A stretch of DNA of 64,000 nt, taken from Tubiluchus corallicola (Eukaryota > Animalia > Priapulida). The notes under the pieces were generated by a model. It did no database searches. It saw nothing but the letters and a program-made list of their open reading frames with translations, and had not been told where the DNA came from. This document shows positions 12,401 through 23,486 of the stretch, one piece after another; the first letter of the stretch is position 1, and each line of letters opens with the position of its first letter. Both the position numbers and the translations under genes were made by a program. The DNA is taken from contig JAQGDQ010000017.1 of NCBI GenBank assembly GCA_030141605.1, positions 806,001 through 870,000 of the forward strand, written 5' to 3'.

Positions 12401-15400
12401 TCATTTTTTTATTATTAAAAAACAATTAATTTATTGCAAATATGTATGATTTAAATCCAACTCTTGGCGAGGCATATCTTCAGTACCAACGAATCAATAC
12501 CAAAACACCTAAATTATCCCATACGTGTGACTAACGTTGCCTATTTGTGTATTTAATTTTGAATTGACCAGCTTTTTCGTTCAAAAATTTCTAAAGTTTA
12601 GTATCTCTGCCAGCACATACACAATCCGACCACGAATCCACAATGCGTTTGCCATAATTATCTAATTAAGTACCTAATTAGTGCATAATAGACTCTGCCT
12701 ATATAAACTGGTTGTATGTTTGTAAAATTTACCACTGATGATGACAGAAGTAGCTCTATCAAAATATTTGGCATGATTTTTGTTTTTAACCATGAATGTT
12801 TTTTTCTACTAATGAGACCTTTTCAAACAAATTGCAATGCTGCTAAAAGCTGTTATGAGTCATACTTTGCAAATTGCTTCAGACAACTTTTGGGAGTTGA
12901 TAAAAACCTTTTTGTTTCATAGAACGACGTGACTGCATACTTTGATACCGATGACATGAAAGCAGTGCTGGCAGCTTATTGTAAACAACCTGGAACTCCA
13001 GAATCCAATCCAGAATCATCAAAACTGATGGCACTGCTCCAGCAGAAGTAAGTGTTTTCAGTTTACAATAACTGTTCTTGATAAGAACTGACATTATAAA
13101 CAGTGGCGGCTCGTAGCTAAAATTAGTGGGGGTGCTTGCTTCAGAAAATTTTCAGGCATTGTTTTAATATTGTGAAAAACGAAACAAACATATATGATTT
13201 TCATGTATAATTTGTAATTGTAGTTTTAAACAAACAAACACATGAAAGTTTATACATAAACTTGATGAAATCCTAAACAAAAAATGTTTTGCTTACTAAT
13301 AGTCTAAATTGTCACAGTTCAAGCTTGATCCATTCACGGTAAGCACGTGACAACTGATAACAATCTGTGAGCAACGGTACTTTTTCTGCCTGGGCTCAAC
13401 AACCAAACACTGCATTGCTGGAGTGCTCCGTAGAGTGCTGTGAAGCAAACAGTACTACCCTCGCGTTCTCTGGTTCCGTACAAGTATAAAGAAAGAACTA
13501 AAGAAAAAAGACTTATTATATTGAATATTATCGGTAATATTGAGTGAAAATAAGGGGTGCTGCAGCCGCAACTAATTACAAATCTGTCATTATTTTTGAT
13601 AAGGCTGATTATAATTGGTGAACGTAAATTGTGAAGGATAATTTTCTATACATAGAAATGGTACATGATAAATAGTTTAGATTTTTTCTTGTAGTAGTTT
13701 TGGTAGTATAGTAGTGGATTGTTTTAGTTCTGCTGTCAAATTATTTTCATCGATCCTGTATATTAATAGTCATTAGGCCAAACTCAGTGTGTAGTTTAAT
13801 TACCATCTAGTTAATAGATAATAAGATTTCATAGATATTATGTTAATGCCATGGTATCACTACTATAAATCTGTGGAATGTAATTTCTTTGAAGTGATGT
13901 TATAACAAAAAAGTAAACGTTCTCATATTGAACACTGCTGATAACTTTGACTGATCAAAGAAATTATTATCTACAGCTTGTATATGACAGTGGTGCCTGC
14001 ATATCATAAAATGACGTCATATGATATGATACTATATAGTCATAAAAAGCTGCAGGGACATAGCCAGGTTCTAAAGTTAGGGGGAGCAAGCACATAAAAA
14101 AGCTTCTGTGATACATGAAGCAATTATATGTTTTGTCTTTGCCACATCAGACAATATCAGCACGAGACAAGAATATACATAATTGTAGTAAAGTAAGTCC
14201 TCACTTAACGACTCCCTATTTAGTGACATTTCATTTTAACGACACTGAACATATGACACCTTTTTTTACACTTAACGACAATTTTTTTACTTTGCTCTAA
14301 GTATATTTTATCTTATCAACAACTTGTTTACTTAATTTGATGCATTAAAACAGTACACATTGTTTTATTCTCTTCTAAAACGCACTAGTAACCTAGTAAA
14401 TTATGCAAATTTGTGTTTTAAGTTATTGGAAATCTGTAACTTGCCGGCTGATTGATTGATTGATTGATTGATTACTATTCTTTTCAGCACAAAAAAGCCA
14501 TACAGTTAAAATGTACAATGATTAAAAACTGCACCAAAAATACTGAAATTATAATGTTTAATCATTATGCTGCATGAATATAATTTTTTATTTTCAGTAA
14601 GATGTTCTTATCAGTGTTATGTTACCAAAGTTAATTTGTTCTTTCACTGTTACTTATAAGTTACAACGGTTCTGTTTTATCACTTAGTGCGCCGCCAGTG
14701 TTGCAAAACAATGTGCTTAAAACACCCGAACGTCCAACCCAGCACGTACCAGTTACAGAAGAGCTCGCGCTAGATATGTCTAGAGTTGCTCATTCATCGG
14801 CAGGACCCTTTTCTGAGTGTGACAGGCCTCCAAAACTGTCTCCAGTTTGTGAGGTAGAGAACACGGTTTCGAATGCTGCACATTCTCCAGGTATGTCAAC
14901 AAGTGTATATATGTGTATTTATAACTTATTAGATGAAGATCCTGAGCCCTATTCTGAGAGTGTAACTAGGAGAGAACAAAATGAATTGTGGGCGATGTTA
15001 GCTTAGGATGTGATGAATGTTAATGGTGTCATGAGGGCAGACGGCTTCGCTTTACCCACACGTCATATGACAGGTGTAGTTGACCTACAGCAACTGCGCA
15101 TGCGCACAACGAAATTGTGAAAAGGCTTATTAGATTGTGCTATGGTGAAACTATTTTCATGCATCATCATATCTGGCAGCTTTTTGACATTAATGTTTAC
15201 AGACCAAATCTGTTTACATTATAAAATGTACTTGAATTATCTGCTTAACTTGCAAAATTGTCTTATTCATGTATTTCTTATTCATGTATTTGCATGTTTT
15301 ATTTTACAATTTCTTTGATGTGATGTTAATACATCTCAACGTGCTCATAGTAAAATACTGATGACACTTACTTCACTGATCAAAGAAATTACTTTTTATC

Positions 15401-18400
15401 ATTTCTGACTTGTTTTATTTGTCAACCAAAATGAGTTCGTAATTTTTAATTATTTTAGCAACTAATATGTGATAATTATTTTAGCAAATCATACGTGAAC
15501 GAAGATCAAATAAATGTTTGAGTTCTTGTGTACTTTTGTGTTATTTGCAGCCACGTATTGTTTTCCTTTTTTTAGGTTTATCCCCAGGTAATCCCGCAGA
15601 ACTCGCAGCCTTCGTACAGTTGACAGAGTCTGCTGAAAGTTCACCTGAGATTACTGACGGGACTTTAAAAGCTTTGGCCGAGTTCTTGCTGAAGGGCAGC
15701 TTGCTAGAGGTAGACCTAGAAGAAACAGACAACATTTGGCGAGTGCTAGATGCTTACAAGCAGCACAAGGAAAAGAAAGATTTACTAGATTTTGAGGTAA
15801 ATAGTAAATTTTTGTTAGTTAACTTGAACAGTAGATTTTGCTATGGTTTGTTATTCAAAACAGACACTGTTTTCGTGTTTGACCCATTTTGATGTTGAAA
15901 TGTTGTTTTCGTGTTTGACACATTTTGATGTTGAAATGTTGTTTTCGTGTTTGCTCCATTTTGACGTTGAAATGTTGTTTTCGTGTTTGCTCCATTTTGA
16001 CGTTGAAATGTTGTTTTCGTGTTTGCTCCATTTTGATGTTGAAATTGTTGTTTTCGTGTTTGACACATTTTGATGTTGAAATGTTGTTTTCGTGTTTGAC
16101 ACATTTTGATGTTGAAATGTTGTTTTTGTGTTTGCTCCATTTTGATGTTGAAATGTTGTTTTCGTGTTTGACACATTTTGATGTTGAAATGTTGTTTTCG
16201 TGTTTGACACATTTTGATGTTGAAAAGTTGTTTTCGTGTTTGCTCCATTTTGACGTTGAAATGTTGTTTTCGTGTTTGCTCCATTTTGACGTTGAAATGT
16301 TGTTTTCGTGTTTGCTCCATTTTGATGTTGAAATGTTGTTTTCGTGTTTGACACATTTTGATGTTGAAATGTTGTTTTCGTGTTTGACACATTTTGATGT
16401 TGAAATGTTGTTTTCGTGTTTGCTCCATTTTGATGTTGAAATGTTGTTTTCGTGTTTGCTCCATTTTGACGTTGAAATGTTGTTTTCGTGTTTGACCCAA
16501 TTTGATGTTGAAATGTTGTTTTCGTGTCTGACCCATTTTGATGTTGAAATGTTGTTTTCGTGTTTGACCCAATTTGATGTTGAAATGTTGTTTTCGTGTC
16601 TGACCCATTTTGATGTTGAAATGTTGTTTTCGTGTTTGACACATTTTGATGTTGAAATGTTGTTTTTGTGTTTGACACATTTTGATGTTGAAATGTTGTT
16701 TTCGTGTTTGCTCCATTTTGATGTTGAAATGTTGTTTTCATGTTTGACACATTTTGATGTTGAAATGTTGTTTTCATGTTTGACACATTTTGATGTTGAA
16801 ATGTTGTTTTCATGTTTGACCCAATTTGATGTTGAAATGTTGTTTTCGTGTTTGACCCAATTTGATGTTGAAATGTTGTTTTCGTGTTTGACCCAATTTG
16901 ATGTTGAAATGTTGTTTTCGTGTTTGACCCAATTTGATGTTGAAATGTTGTTTTCATGTTTGACACATTTTGATTTTGATGTTGAAATGTTGTTTTCCTG
17001 TTTGACCCATTTTGACGTAGAAATATTTTTTTTTCGTAGAAATGTTTTGTTTTCATGTTTGACCCATTTTGACTTAACATTTCAACATTGTAGTTTTGAA
17101 ATAGCACACTTTCATAAGCAAAGTACATTGGTAAAAAGAACTTTGTCAGTAGCGTGTTCAGAATTGCCAAAATTTATTATACCAAATTTTATCATGGTTT
17201 GTTTTTTACTGTTTTTTTCAGACAATGGATGTTGATGCTCCAATTCTCCAAACAAAATCCAAAGGATGCAGTGATTTAGACAAACCAAAGAAGCTGAAAA
17301 GAAAACAAGAGTCACCTGATGAAAATAATGCAGGTGGGTCCTCCATATTGTTGCCTTTGTCCTGTAAGAAAAATTGTGAAAATTTTGCCCACATTTCAAA
17401 TTATTATTGCCGAAGTCGCAAAATTTACATCTTTACAATTTTTATAGTTTTAACAATGATCTCGTTACACGGCATACAAAATTTAAAACAAACTTTCTTT
17501 TAGCTTCATATGCAACTGAAATTTCTGATTTGCTAATAATGCTTTCTTGAATAGAAGCATAGCAGTAATTATTAATGTACACTCGAACCTCGTTATACTG
17601 CCTTTCACTCTAACGCCATGATGTATTAAATATCGGGAACACCGACAACCTCACCACCATCCGCCAATGCAACGGCTGTGCCAAAGTCTATTTTACGTAA
17701 TAAATTTACCCCATTATAACCTGTAGCGGATAGCCCTATAGGCTGAATAGGCTGAAGCCTAAGGCCCGGGATCAAAAGGGGCCTGGCAAAATAAAATGAA
17801 AAAATTTTTTTTGTAAAAAAAATAAATTGACAAAAGAGCAAGGGGCCCGCCAAAATAAAATATGGAAAAAAGTTTTTTTTTCAAAAGTCAGTCACTATAT
17901 TTCAAATCGGGTTTACACAATTTAAGTTTACACAATTTAAGTTTACACAATTCACGTTTACACAGTTTAAGTTCAAAATTTCAGTTTCCGAATTTTTCTG
18001 GAGGCAAAGTCAGTTATAATTACTTACAAACGACGAGAGCTCAACAAAAACACGTCAGCTCAGCAGTGTAGCAACATTTAAAAGGCCCGTTCCAAGCTCA
18101 AGCCTAAGGCCCATAAAATCATAATCCGCCGCTGATTATAACACCAGTCAAGATAAAGTATGATGAATTGCTACAGGAAAACAGCCATTCTATTGTGAAA
18201 ACTATGATCTCTGAGCATAGAAAGATATTTGAATAAAGATTTAGGTTTTGTATCAAGTGGCTGTTAAAGCTGCTCTTTGTACTGCTTCGACTCAAAGTCA
18301 AGTTTGTGCAGTGGTTATTTAAAGTCTTAATTGTCCTGTAATATTACATTGGGAGCTGGTTATTTCTCTTATCAGTAGTTGGCTAATTACCAGTATTTCA

Positions 18401-21400
18401 CAAGATCGTTTTTCCAAGTTATCATTACGAAAAGAGTTTCTGCACTTGCATTGTTTAATGCAGCAAAAGTGTGTTGTATAACACTTGTATTAACGTAAGC
18501 ATAATAATACTATGTACTACACATATTTATAATATTAAAATTAGCTAGCAAACAAAATTGAGGTTGCACAGTAGAATTGCTTTGATTTTTGATGAACCTC
18601 ATTTTACCGTCAACCCCTCTCTAATGCCGTGTTCAGTGGTGTCCCAGACCTGGCATTATAACGAGGTTTAATGATGAAATTCAATAATTATGTAATGTAA
18701 TTGTAATGTGTCGTATGTGGTACAAGGTGTTAAGAAGTAACTGACCTCCCTGTATGAAGAAATTAAAATGAACAAAAATAAGCAACGAGTGAACTGCAAA
18801 AAGGGTACTAAAGTTGAAGGAATTAACATTAGTTTAATATTGGTATTGCTTTGTTGACATGCCGTGTTTCGGGGAGGGGGGGCATGGTGCTTCCTATTGC
18901 CCGCTAATATTGTTGTTATTCATGCAGCAAAGCAGCAAAGGGCAAATTCTTCACATGCTTCATGTGCAATGTCAATTCCAACTGCGACCACGTCGACTGC
19001 AGCTGCTACTCTTCGCGTTAGCGACACGAACAAAATGGACGTCGATGATGCAAAACTAGAAATCATCGAGAAAGATGCCCAGAGCAAACAACCAAAAGAT
19101 GGTTCAGTTAGACAGCGTGAGATAATGGAAACCATTGAGAAGGTCATCCAGGCGGGATTGAAAGTTGGCGATTTTCCAATGGACGATGTCGCTCAAGTTG
19201 TGGGTGATGCTAAGCCCAAGAAGCGGTCAAAAAAGGATTCAGAGAGCAGTGCAAGTAGTGTCCAGAGTACATCCAGTGTCACTAGCAAAAACGGCAAGAA
19301 AAAAGGTGAGAGTCTCTGGAAATTTATGTGTTTATACTTTATAATACTGTAGAGGGCAAATTTGTTTGATTCTAGTGCAATTATCGAAACTAATGAATGC
19401 CAGTATCTGTTTAAAGGAAAACAGGATGATTTTTCATATCCTACTGTGTTTTGAAGTACCGTAACATTTTAACACCAATAATACTGCAAAAATGTTTCTG
19501 ATAATTAAATAATAGATTGAAATCTTGGTTAACGGCAAGCTAACCCAACTATTGATAACATCACAAATGAACATAATTTTCAGAAACATTCCACAAGCAT
19601 GTTGCATGTGTACATTGACAATTGAAGTACAGTGCTACTGTTAGAGATTCAGTGTGTTGTATTAAAACTCAGGAAATTTTAAGATAAAATTCAAATTTCA
19701 AATTTACTGTTGCGCTCAAGCGTGGGCTGTCGAACATGTGTAGTTCGTTACAAACGAACACATCTGAACTGAGAGCTACAACACCTGTTTTTGTGCAACT
19801 CGTTTCCAAAATGCAGGCGCTAGTGCCTGTCTAGTATGGAATGGCAAAATGAATGCAACAGTGAAGAACTAGCCACCCAAACGCGAAATTGCGTATGTGT
19901 GATGATTCTTTCAAGTAAATTATTCTTGAATATTAAACCATCCACACTGAAGTAGATAATTCTAAATGAAGTATACAAATGCTTCAAGATGAAGAACAAT
20001 AAAATCATTTTATTAAAAGACTTATCAGTAAGGATGTATGAAAGCCCAGGTCAGCGGGCATTTAACTTTCATACAAGATTACAAACAACAATATATAAAT
20101 GCATACGACGCAAACAAAGTACGTAAATTACGCCTTCAATACAATGTTAAAAAATCTCTTAAAACAACAGTGAAAAGCAGTGACCTTAAGTTATTTTATT
20201 ATTAAAAAAGAGCTGACACCCTGGAAAATGTGCAGTAGAGTGAATTTTGCTGATCAGTTGCAAAGTGTGAATGTTAAAAAATTATTTAACGCGCTGTACA
20301 GTTTTTGGCGTCGTGTGAAACATACAAGCAGTGTAATGTATAATGCAGTGCTGCAACTCATTTTAGTTTGTTTTGTAACTCCTTTTTTGTCCAGCCTTGA
20401 AGTCAAGATGCCAAGCTGTTTTATAAATTTTAGATGTATATCATTTGAGATGTGTATGAGATTTGAGAGCAGCCTTCAGTAAGTTTTTAATATGTTTGTT
20501 GTTCAGACATGAAGAAGACTGAGAAACCCAGCATGCCTAATGACACCAAACACGAGCTGGAGGCACCACATCATATTGGCCTGCTAGATGTTATTGATCG
20601 TGTAGCCGAAGGACGGGAAGATTCTGATACTGAAAGTGAAGAGAGCTGCTCGGCCGACTCGTGTCTGGGACCTTTAGGTTAGTAATATTGCATTTTAGAT
20701 TTAAATTCTTTGTTGATATGTACAAAAAGTTTCACTCACGCTATCATAACTCTATTCATTTATTGTACCTTGGAATTGGCTTGAAATGTTTTGATGCTTT
20801 TGTAGCTTGATTTATTGCATTAATTTGCTACAACACTGAAAAATTAACAAGATAAAAAGTTGCCTTAACTCCTTCAGGACTGCATCATTCAAAACAGGTC
20901 TTTTAAGACCTGTGACTTTTCTGCTACCGTATGATGCACATACATAACTAAATGATTACAGATTTGGTGCTCTTCCACTCAGGAGAATATTGACTTTCCA
21001 ACTGTGCTATTTGTTTAAACATTTATTGGTGATTTAATTGGATAAAATGAAGAAAAACACGCCCTTTTTAGGCACTTCAACTTAGCCTATTGCGTAGTTT
21101 AGTCCGCCTGCTTGCTACAGCCCAGGTTCGCTGCTATTCAAGAAAAAACAACGATCAGCCAAGGACAAATTAACATCTTTTCATCTTTTAACATCAGTTT
21201 CTCCTTAAAAATAGAGTAGACTTGAAGCCAAAGTGTGTCAGACTATTATGTCTGTATAGTTGAAATTTTCTGCATTAGCCAGTTTCACACAAGTGATACT
21301 GTAAATTGTTACAGTGCAAACACTGCAGTTACTGAAAGCATTTTTCAATTTTTTTGTCAAAAATCGATTATTAATTTGTCTAAGGTAAGCAGATGCATTT

Positions 21401-23486
21401 CATATGTAATTTTCTATGAAAGTCCATCGTGTAAGTAGTAGAAATCTAGAAAAATGATCAAATATAACATAATCATTGCCTAGTGAGAACAGTTTTTCTT
21501 GAATTCATGCAAATGCAGCAGATGCTTACAGTCCTGGAAAAGTTAACAAATTGCTTGCTAGGCTCTCAGATTAACTTGCTCAAACAACCAACATAATGAT
21601 GCTTATTGAAGTACAGTAGGCGCACTTAATAGACTCACTTTGCGATGGAAGTGTTGTGAATAAATTAACAGACTGAATCAGTTAGTTGACGGGTGCTCAT
21701 TATTTAGGAATTCTGATTTTATAAGTGAATTAATAAAAAAAGAATAAAAAGTCAGGCGAATCTGATTACTACCAGTAAAAATTACAAAAATTCATCAGAA
21801 ATCTTGTTGCTTAATTTCTTCAAGAAGAAGTTGGTTTTTGAAATTCTCATACTTTAGAAATCTGTTGCTGTATGCTGCACATATTCATGCAAAAATGAGT
21901 TATTTGAGTCAGTTACCGATAGTTTTACATACATTTGAATAGGAGTGGGCTGTTTTAGACATTTTTGGGAGACCGATTCTATTAACCGTGAGTCTAACAA
22001 AAATGGTGCCTACTGTAGTTGGACAGGTAACATTTCTTAAGGTAGCATGTTTCACATTTGCAAATTTGTTTTCTAATGTTTTGCAGGTGATGGCGACGAA
22101 GTTCTGTGGGTTCAATGCGACGGTTGTGAAATGTGGTTTCACCCGACCTGCGTTGGACTGAATGAGTCGGACGTCAACGATCACGAAGACTTTATTTGCA
22201 ATCGCTGTGCTGCAGGGGTGCCACCCAAGTGTCAAACAGACATTGAAAATGTAGAAAAACATGCGGAAAGCAAGACTCTAGGTTCGCACAACAAAGTAGT
22301 TAATAAGAAAGAAAAGCGCGAGACTGTCGCTGAAAGTGGTTTGAATGGTGATTGTGCAGCTAGTTTGGAGCATGTTGATGAGGTTTCCGTAGCAACAACA
22401 CTGATTTCTCTTAGCAACCAAACCGTTACTGAAGCCCTGGTTCCACTTGATTTATCGACTGTTACTAACAGTACAGCTGGTACAAATAATGTTAATGCTC
22501 TTTGTCAAGTGTCATCTAGTTCATCGAGCAAAGGTGGAATAGTGGTAAATTCTGCAGGTAAATCTCAAAAGGTGGCGCAGACCAAGATTCCCTCGCTGAA
22601 GTCACCAGTACTCGTTACAGAATCATCTAAATTGTCAGTCAAGTCATTCATGCAAATGTCTGAAACACCAAAGATTGCACAGCCAGTTGCTGCTGTACAG
22701 CCTTCGATACTGTCGACCACACCCGCTCGCTCTCATGCACAGACGTCTTCAATGTCAGTTGAGTCTGAAGCTCAAAGTGATGGCTCAGTCGCATCTAAAT
22801 CTATGTCAGTAATGCATTCTGCACCAGTATTTACGAATAGTTCTGTATCATCGGAGGCAGCGACTCCAGCAAAACCACTTGGGATGGGCAGTTCGTCACC
22901 TAGGGCTGAAAAAGATGCGGGATCAAGATTGACTCACAACGGTTTGTTGCCAGCACAAATGGGAAGCAATGACGACGACCAGGTATTTGGAACTTACAAG
23001 ACGTACGCTCGAGAAATCCATCGTAGTGAACCTCAGTTGCCTGGTTACAATGCAGACAACGTGTCGCCAGTCGTGGCGCCATCAGTTCAGAGGTCTCCAG
23101 GTTTGCTCATAGAAAATACCATGGCCCAGTCCACACACTCGCCCGCAAAACCACAACTTGTATCACCGTCAAAACCAAACACCTGTCTGTTCCCGTCTTT
23201 GTCCCCAGACTTGCAGACTGAAACGTCGCCTCAGCCGCTTTCTCAACAAAATCAGCCTTTGTCACCCCAAGAACACTTCTCTAGGGCAGCTGATGGACAT
23301 TCTCCTAGGGCAGCTGGTTCGCAGTCTCCTAAAGCACAGGGTGGACAGTCTCCTAGAGCACAGGGTGGACAGTCTCCAAGGGCAGTCGGTGACCAATCCT
23401 CTCGGGTTTTTGGTGGATTGTCTCCAAGAAGTGTGGTGCATGACCTCTCTACAAAACGAAATTTGTTTGAAGAACTAAACATGTGA
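291..23486 (+). CDS. KDM5: Lysine-specific demethylase 5 (KDM5/lid/JARID1), 3' 18 coding exons; JmjN/ARID/PHD1/JmjC would lie upstream of the window
   Basis: GT-AG exons join in one frame (4428 nt, 1475 aa plus stop): 291-405, 1198-1398, 2680-2830, 5285-5396, 6375-6521, 7212-7432, 7751-7889, 8547-8726, 9056-9202, 10208-10379, 11274-11506, 12923-13047, 14688-14890, 15576-15796, 17222-17333, 18928-19305, 20507-20677, 22087-23486. Motifs: [20 protein letters not shown] (C5HC2), [30 protein letters not shown]2 [41 protein letters not shown]3 [12 protein letters not shown]. Confidence 0.95.
1198..1398 (+). CDS. KDM5: KDM5 exon, end of C5HC2 and start of PLU-1
   Basis: ctcag|...CAG|gtataa; [31 protein letters not shown]. 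Confidence 0.92.
2680..2830 (+). CDS. KDM5: KDM5 exon (PLU-1)
   Basis: tttcag|...AAG|gtagga; [10 protein letters not shown]...[19 protein letters not shown]; phases match neighbouring exons. Confidence 0.88.
2953..3445. mobile_element. Degenerate MITE-like element
   Basis: Imperfect terminal inverted match AGGTTC..GACTT..GTGA / TCAC.GAAGTC..GAACCT around a CpG-richer interior. Confidence 0.4.
3531..4078 (-). mobile_element. Kolobok-like MITE, copy 1
   Basis: Reverse-complement homology over about 500 bp with 19415-19930; AGGAA.. termini with degenerate TTAA flanks. Confidence 0.7.
5285..5396 (+). CDS. KDM5: KDM5 exon (PLU-1)
   Basis: ttcag|...CAA|gtatgt; [23 protein letters not shown]. Confidence 0.9.
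5526..5912 (+). mobile_element. Small inverted-repeat element with a degenerate (CCCTAA/CCCAA)n core, copy 1
   Basis: Both non-repetitive flanks match 50828-51019 in reverse orientation. Confidence 0.72.
6160..6322 (+). repeat. tRNA-derived (SINE-like) repeat
   Basis: A box TAGCTCAAATGG (6174), CTTGTAA loop, B box GTTCAAATCCC (6219); body homologous to 10562-10715. Confidence 0.6.
6375..6521 (+). CDS. KDM5: KDM5 exon (PLU-1)
   Basis: aacag|...GAG|gtaaac; [15 protein letters not shown]...[11 protein letters not shown]. Confidence 0.9.
6567..6695 (+). mobile_element. Same MITE family, terminal fragment
   Basis: AATAAGCCTTTTCACAGTTTCGTTG...GCAAAGCCGTCTGCTGCA. Confidence 0.7.
7212..7432 (+). 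CDS. KDM5: KDM5 exon (PLU-1)
   Basis: gtgcag|...AA|gtatgt; [11 protein letters not shown]...[13 protein letters not shown]...WEEKAKKAL. Confidence 0.92.
7518..7628. repeat. 37-bp tandem repeat, 3 copies
   Basis: GATAATTAATTAAACTTAGAAAGTGTCGAGACCTTAG variants. Confidence 0.88.
7751..7889 (+). CDS. KDM5: KDM5 exon (PLU-1)
   Basis: tcacag|...ATG|gtatgt; [24 protein letters not shown]...[10 protein letters not shown]. Confidence 0.9.
8132..8470 (+). mobile_element. Dispersed MITE family with (AA)TAAGCCTTTTCACAG terminus
   Basis: Homologous to 6567-6695 (+), 15037-15130 (-), 26783-27123 (-) and 59761-60112 (-); shared blocks GCAAAGCCGTCTGC and TTCTAGCTAGCTGTT. Confidence 0.75.
8547..8726 (+). 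CDS. KDM5: KDM5 exon (end of PLU-1)
   Basis: tgatag|...GAG|gtggaa; [18 protein letters not shown]...[20 protein letters not shown]. Confidence 0.88.
9056..9202 (+). CDS. KDM5: KDM5 exon
   Basis: ggcag|GTT TTA TCC CCA AGA (VLSPR)...GTG|gtaaat. Confidence 0.88.
10208..10379 (+). CDS. KDM5: KDM5 exon, first half of PHD2
   Basis: actag|...T|gtaagt; [11 protein letters not shown]...[23 protein letters not shown]. Confidence 0.93.
10562..10715 (+). repeat. tRNA-derived (SINE-like) repeat, second copy
   Basis: TGATATCTCAAAT..CTTGTTATCG..GTTCGAATGC and the shared tail TTAATTAG...TGATTATACATAAA. Confidence 0.58.
11274..11506 (+). CDS. KDM5: KDM5 exon, second half of PHD2
   Basis: ttgtag|...CAG|gtaagt; [48 protein letters not shown]. 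Confidence 0.93.
11675..12129. mobile_element. Tc1/mariner (pogo/Tigger-like) MITE, 455 bp
   Basis: Perfect 29-bp TIR CCGTATTTTCCCGTGTATAAGAGACCCTT with TA TSD on both sides. Confidence 0.92.
12923..13047 (+). CDS. KDM5: KDM5 exon (divergent linker)
   Basis: tcatag|...AA|gtaagt; open frame, phases 0 and 2 fit neighbouring exons. Confidence 0.75.
13101..13572. mobile_element. Degenerate hAT-like element
   Basis: Starts CAGTGGCGGCTCG; GGGGTGCT repeated near both ends; right terminus decayed. Confidence 0.45.
14688..14890 (+). CDS. KDM5: KDM5 exon (low-complexity linker)
   Basis: acttag|...CAG|gtatgt; open frame, phases 2 and 1 fit. Confidence 0.75.
15037..15130 (-). mobile_element. Same MITE family, internally deleted fragment
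   Basis: GCAGACGGCTTCGC...TGTGAAAAGGCTTATT. Confidence 0.68.
15576..15796 (+). CDS. KDM5: KDM5 exon
   Basis: ttttag|...GAG|gtaaat; [25 protein letters not shown] matches the conserved KDM5 GDLLEVSLDET..IW block. Confidence 0.9.
15869..17072. repeat. 36-bp minisatellite, about 33 copies, in a KDM5 intron
   Basis: Unit TTTTCGTGTTTG(ACA/ACC/CTC)CA(T/A)TTTGATGTTGAAATGTTG. Confidence 0.97.
17222..17333 (+). CDS. KDM5: KDM5 exon (basic, NLS-like)
   Basis: tttcag|...CAG|gtgggt; [10 protein letters not shown]. Confidence 0.75.
17580..18673. mobile_element. Tigger-like MITE carrying a nested hAT MITE
   Basis: TA|CACTCGAACCTCGTTATA ... TATAACGAGGTTTAATG degenerate TIRs. Confidence 0.7.
17721..18134. 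mobile_element. hAT-type MITE
   Basis: 8-bp TSD ATTATAAC (17713-17720, 18135-18142); termini CTGTAGCGGAT / ATCCGCCGCTG; internal 15-bp tandem GTTTACACAATTTAA. Confidence 0.85.
18928..19305 (+). CDS. KDM5: KDM5 exon (low-complexity linker)
   Basis: atgcag|...AAG|gtgaga; open frame, phases 1 and 1. Confidence 0.78.
19415..19930 (+). mobile_element. Kolobok-like MITE, copy 2 (right end uncertain)
   Basis: TTAA|AGGAAAACAGGATGATTTTTCATA; inverted homolog of 3531-4078. Confidence 0.7.
20507..20677 (+). CDS. KDM5: KDM5 exon, start of PHD3
   Basis: gttcag|...TAG|gttagt; ends [15 protein letters not shown] (first Cys pair of PHD3). Confidence 0.88.
20869..21542. mobile_element. piggyBac-like MITE, 674 bp
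   Basis: TTAA|CTCCTTCAGGACTG ... CAGTCCTGGAAAAG|TTAA. Confidence 0.78.
22087..23486 (+). CDS. KDM5: KDM5 terminal exon: PHD3 plus about 425-aa Ser/Pro-rich tail
   Basis: ttgcag|; [21 protein letters not shown]...FICNRC, then open frame to TGA at 23484-23486. Confidence 0.92.

Noticed and set aside
15841-17235. Long ORFs (291, 436, 439 aa) and a CRISPR-like 36-bp periodicity
   Set aside because: Units are directly adjacent with no unique spacers. The ORFs arise because a stop-free unit is a multiple of 3 long. The flanking KDM5 exons join in frame without it.
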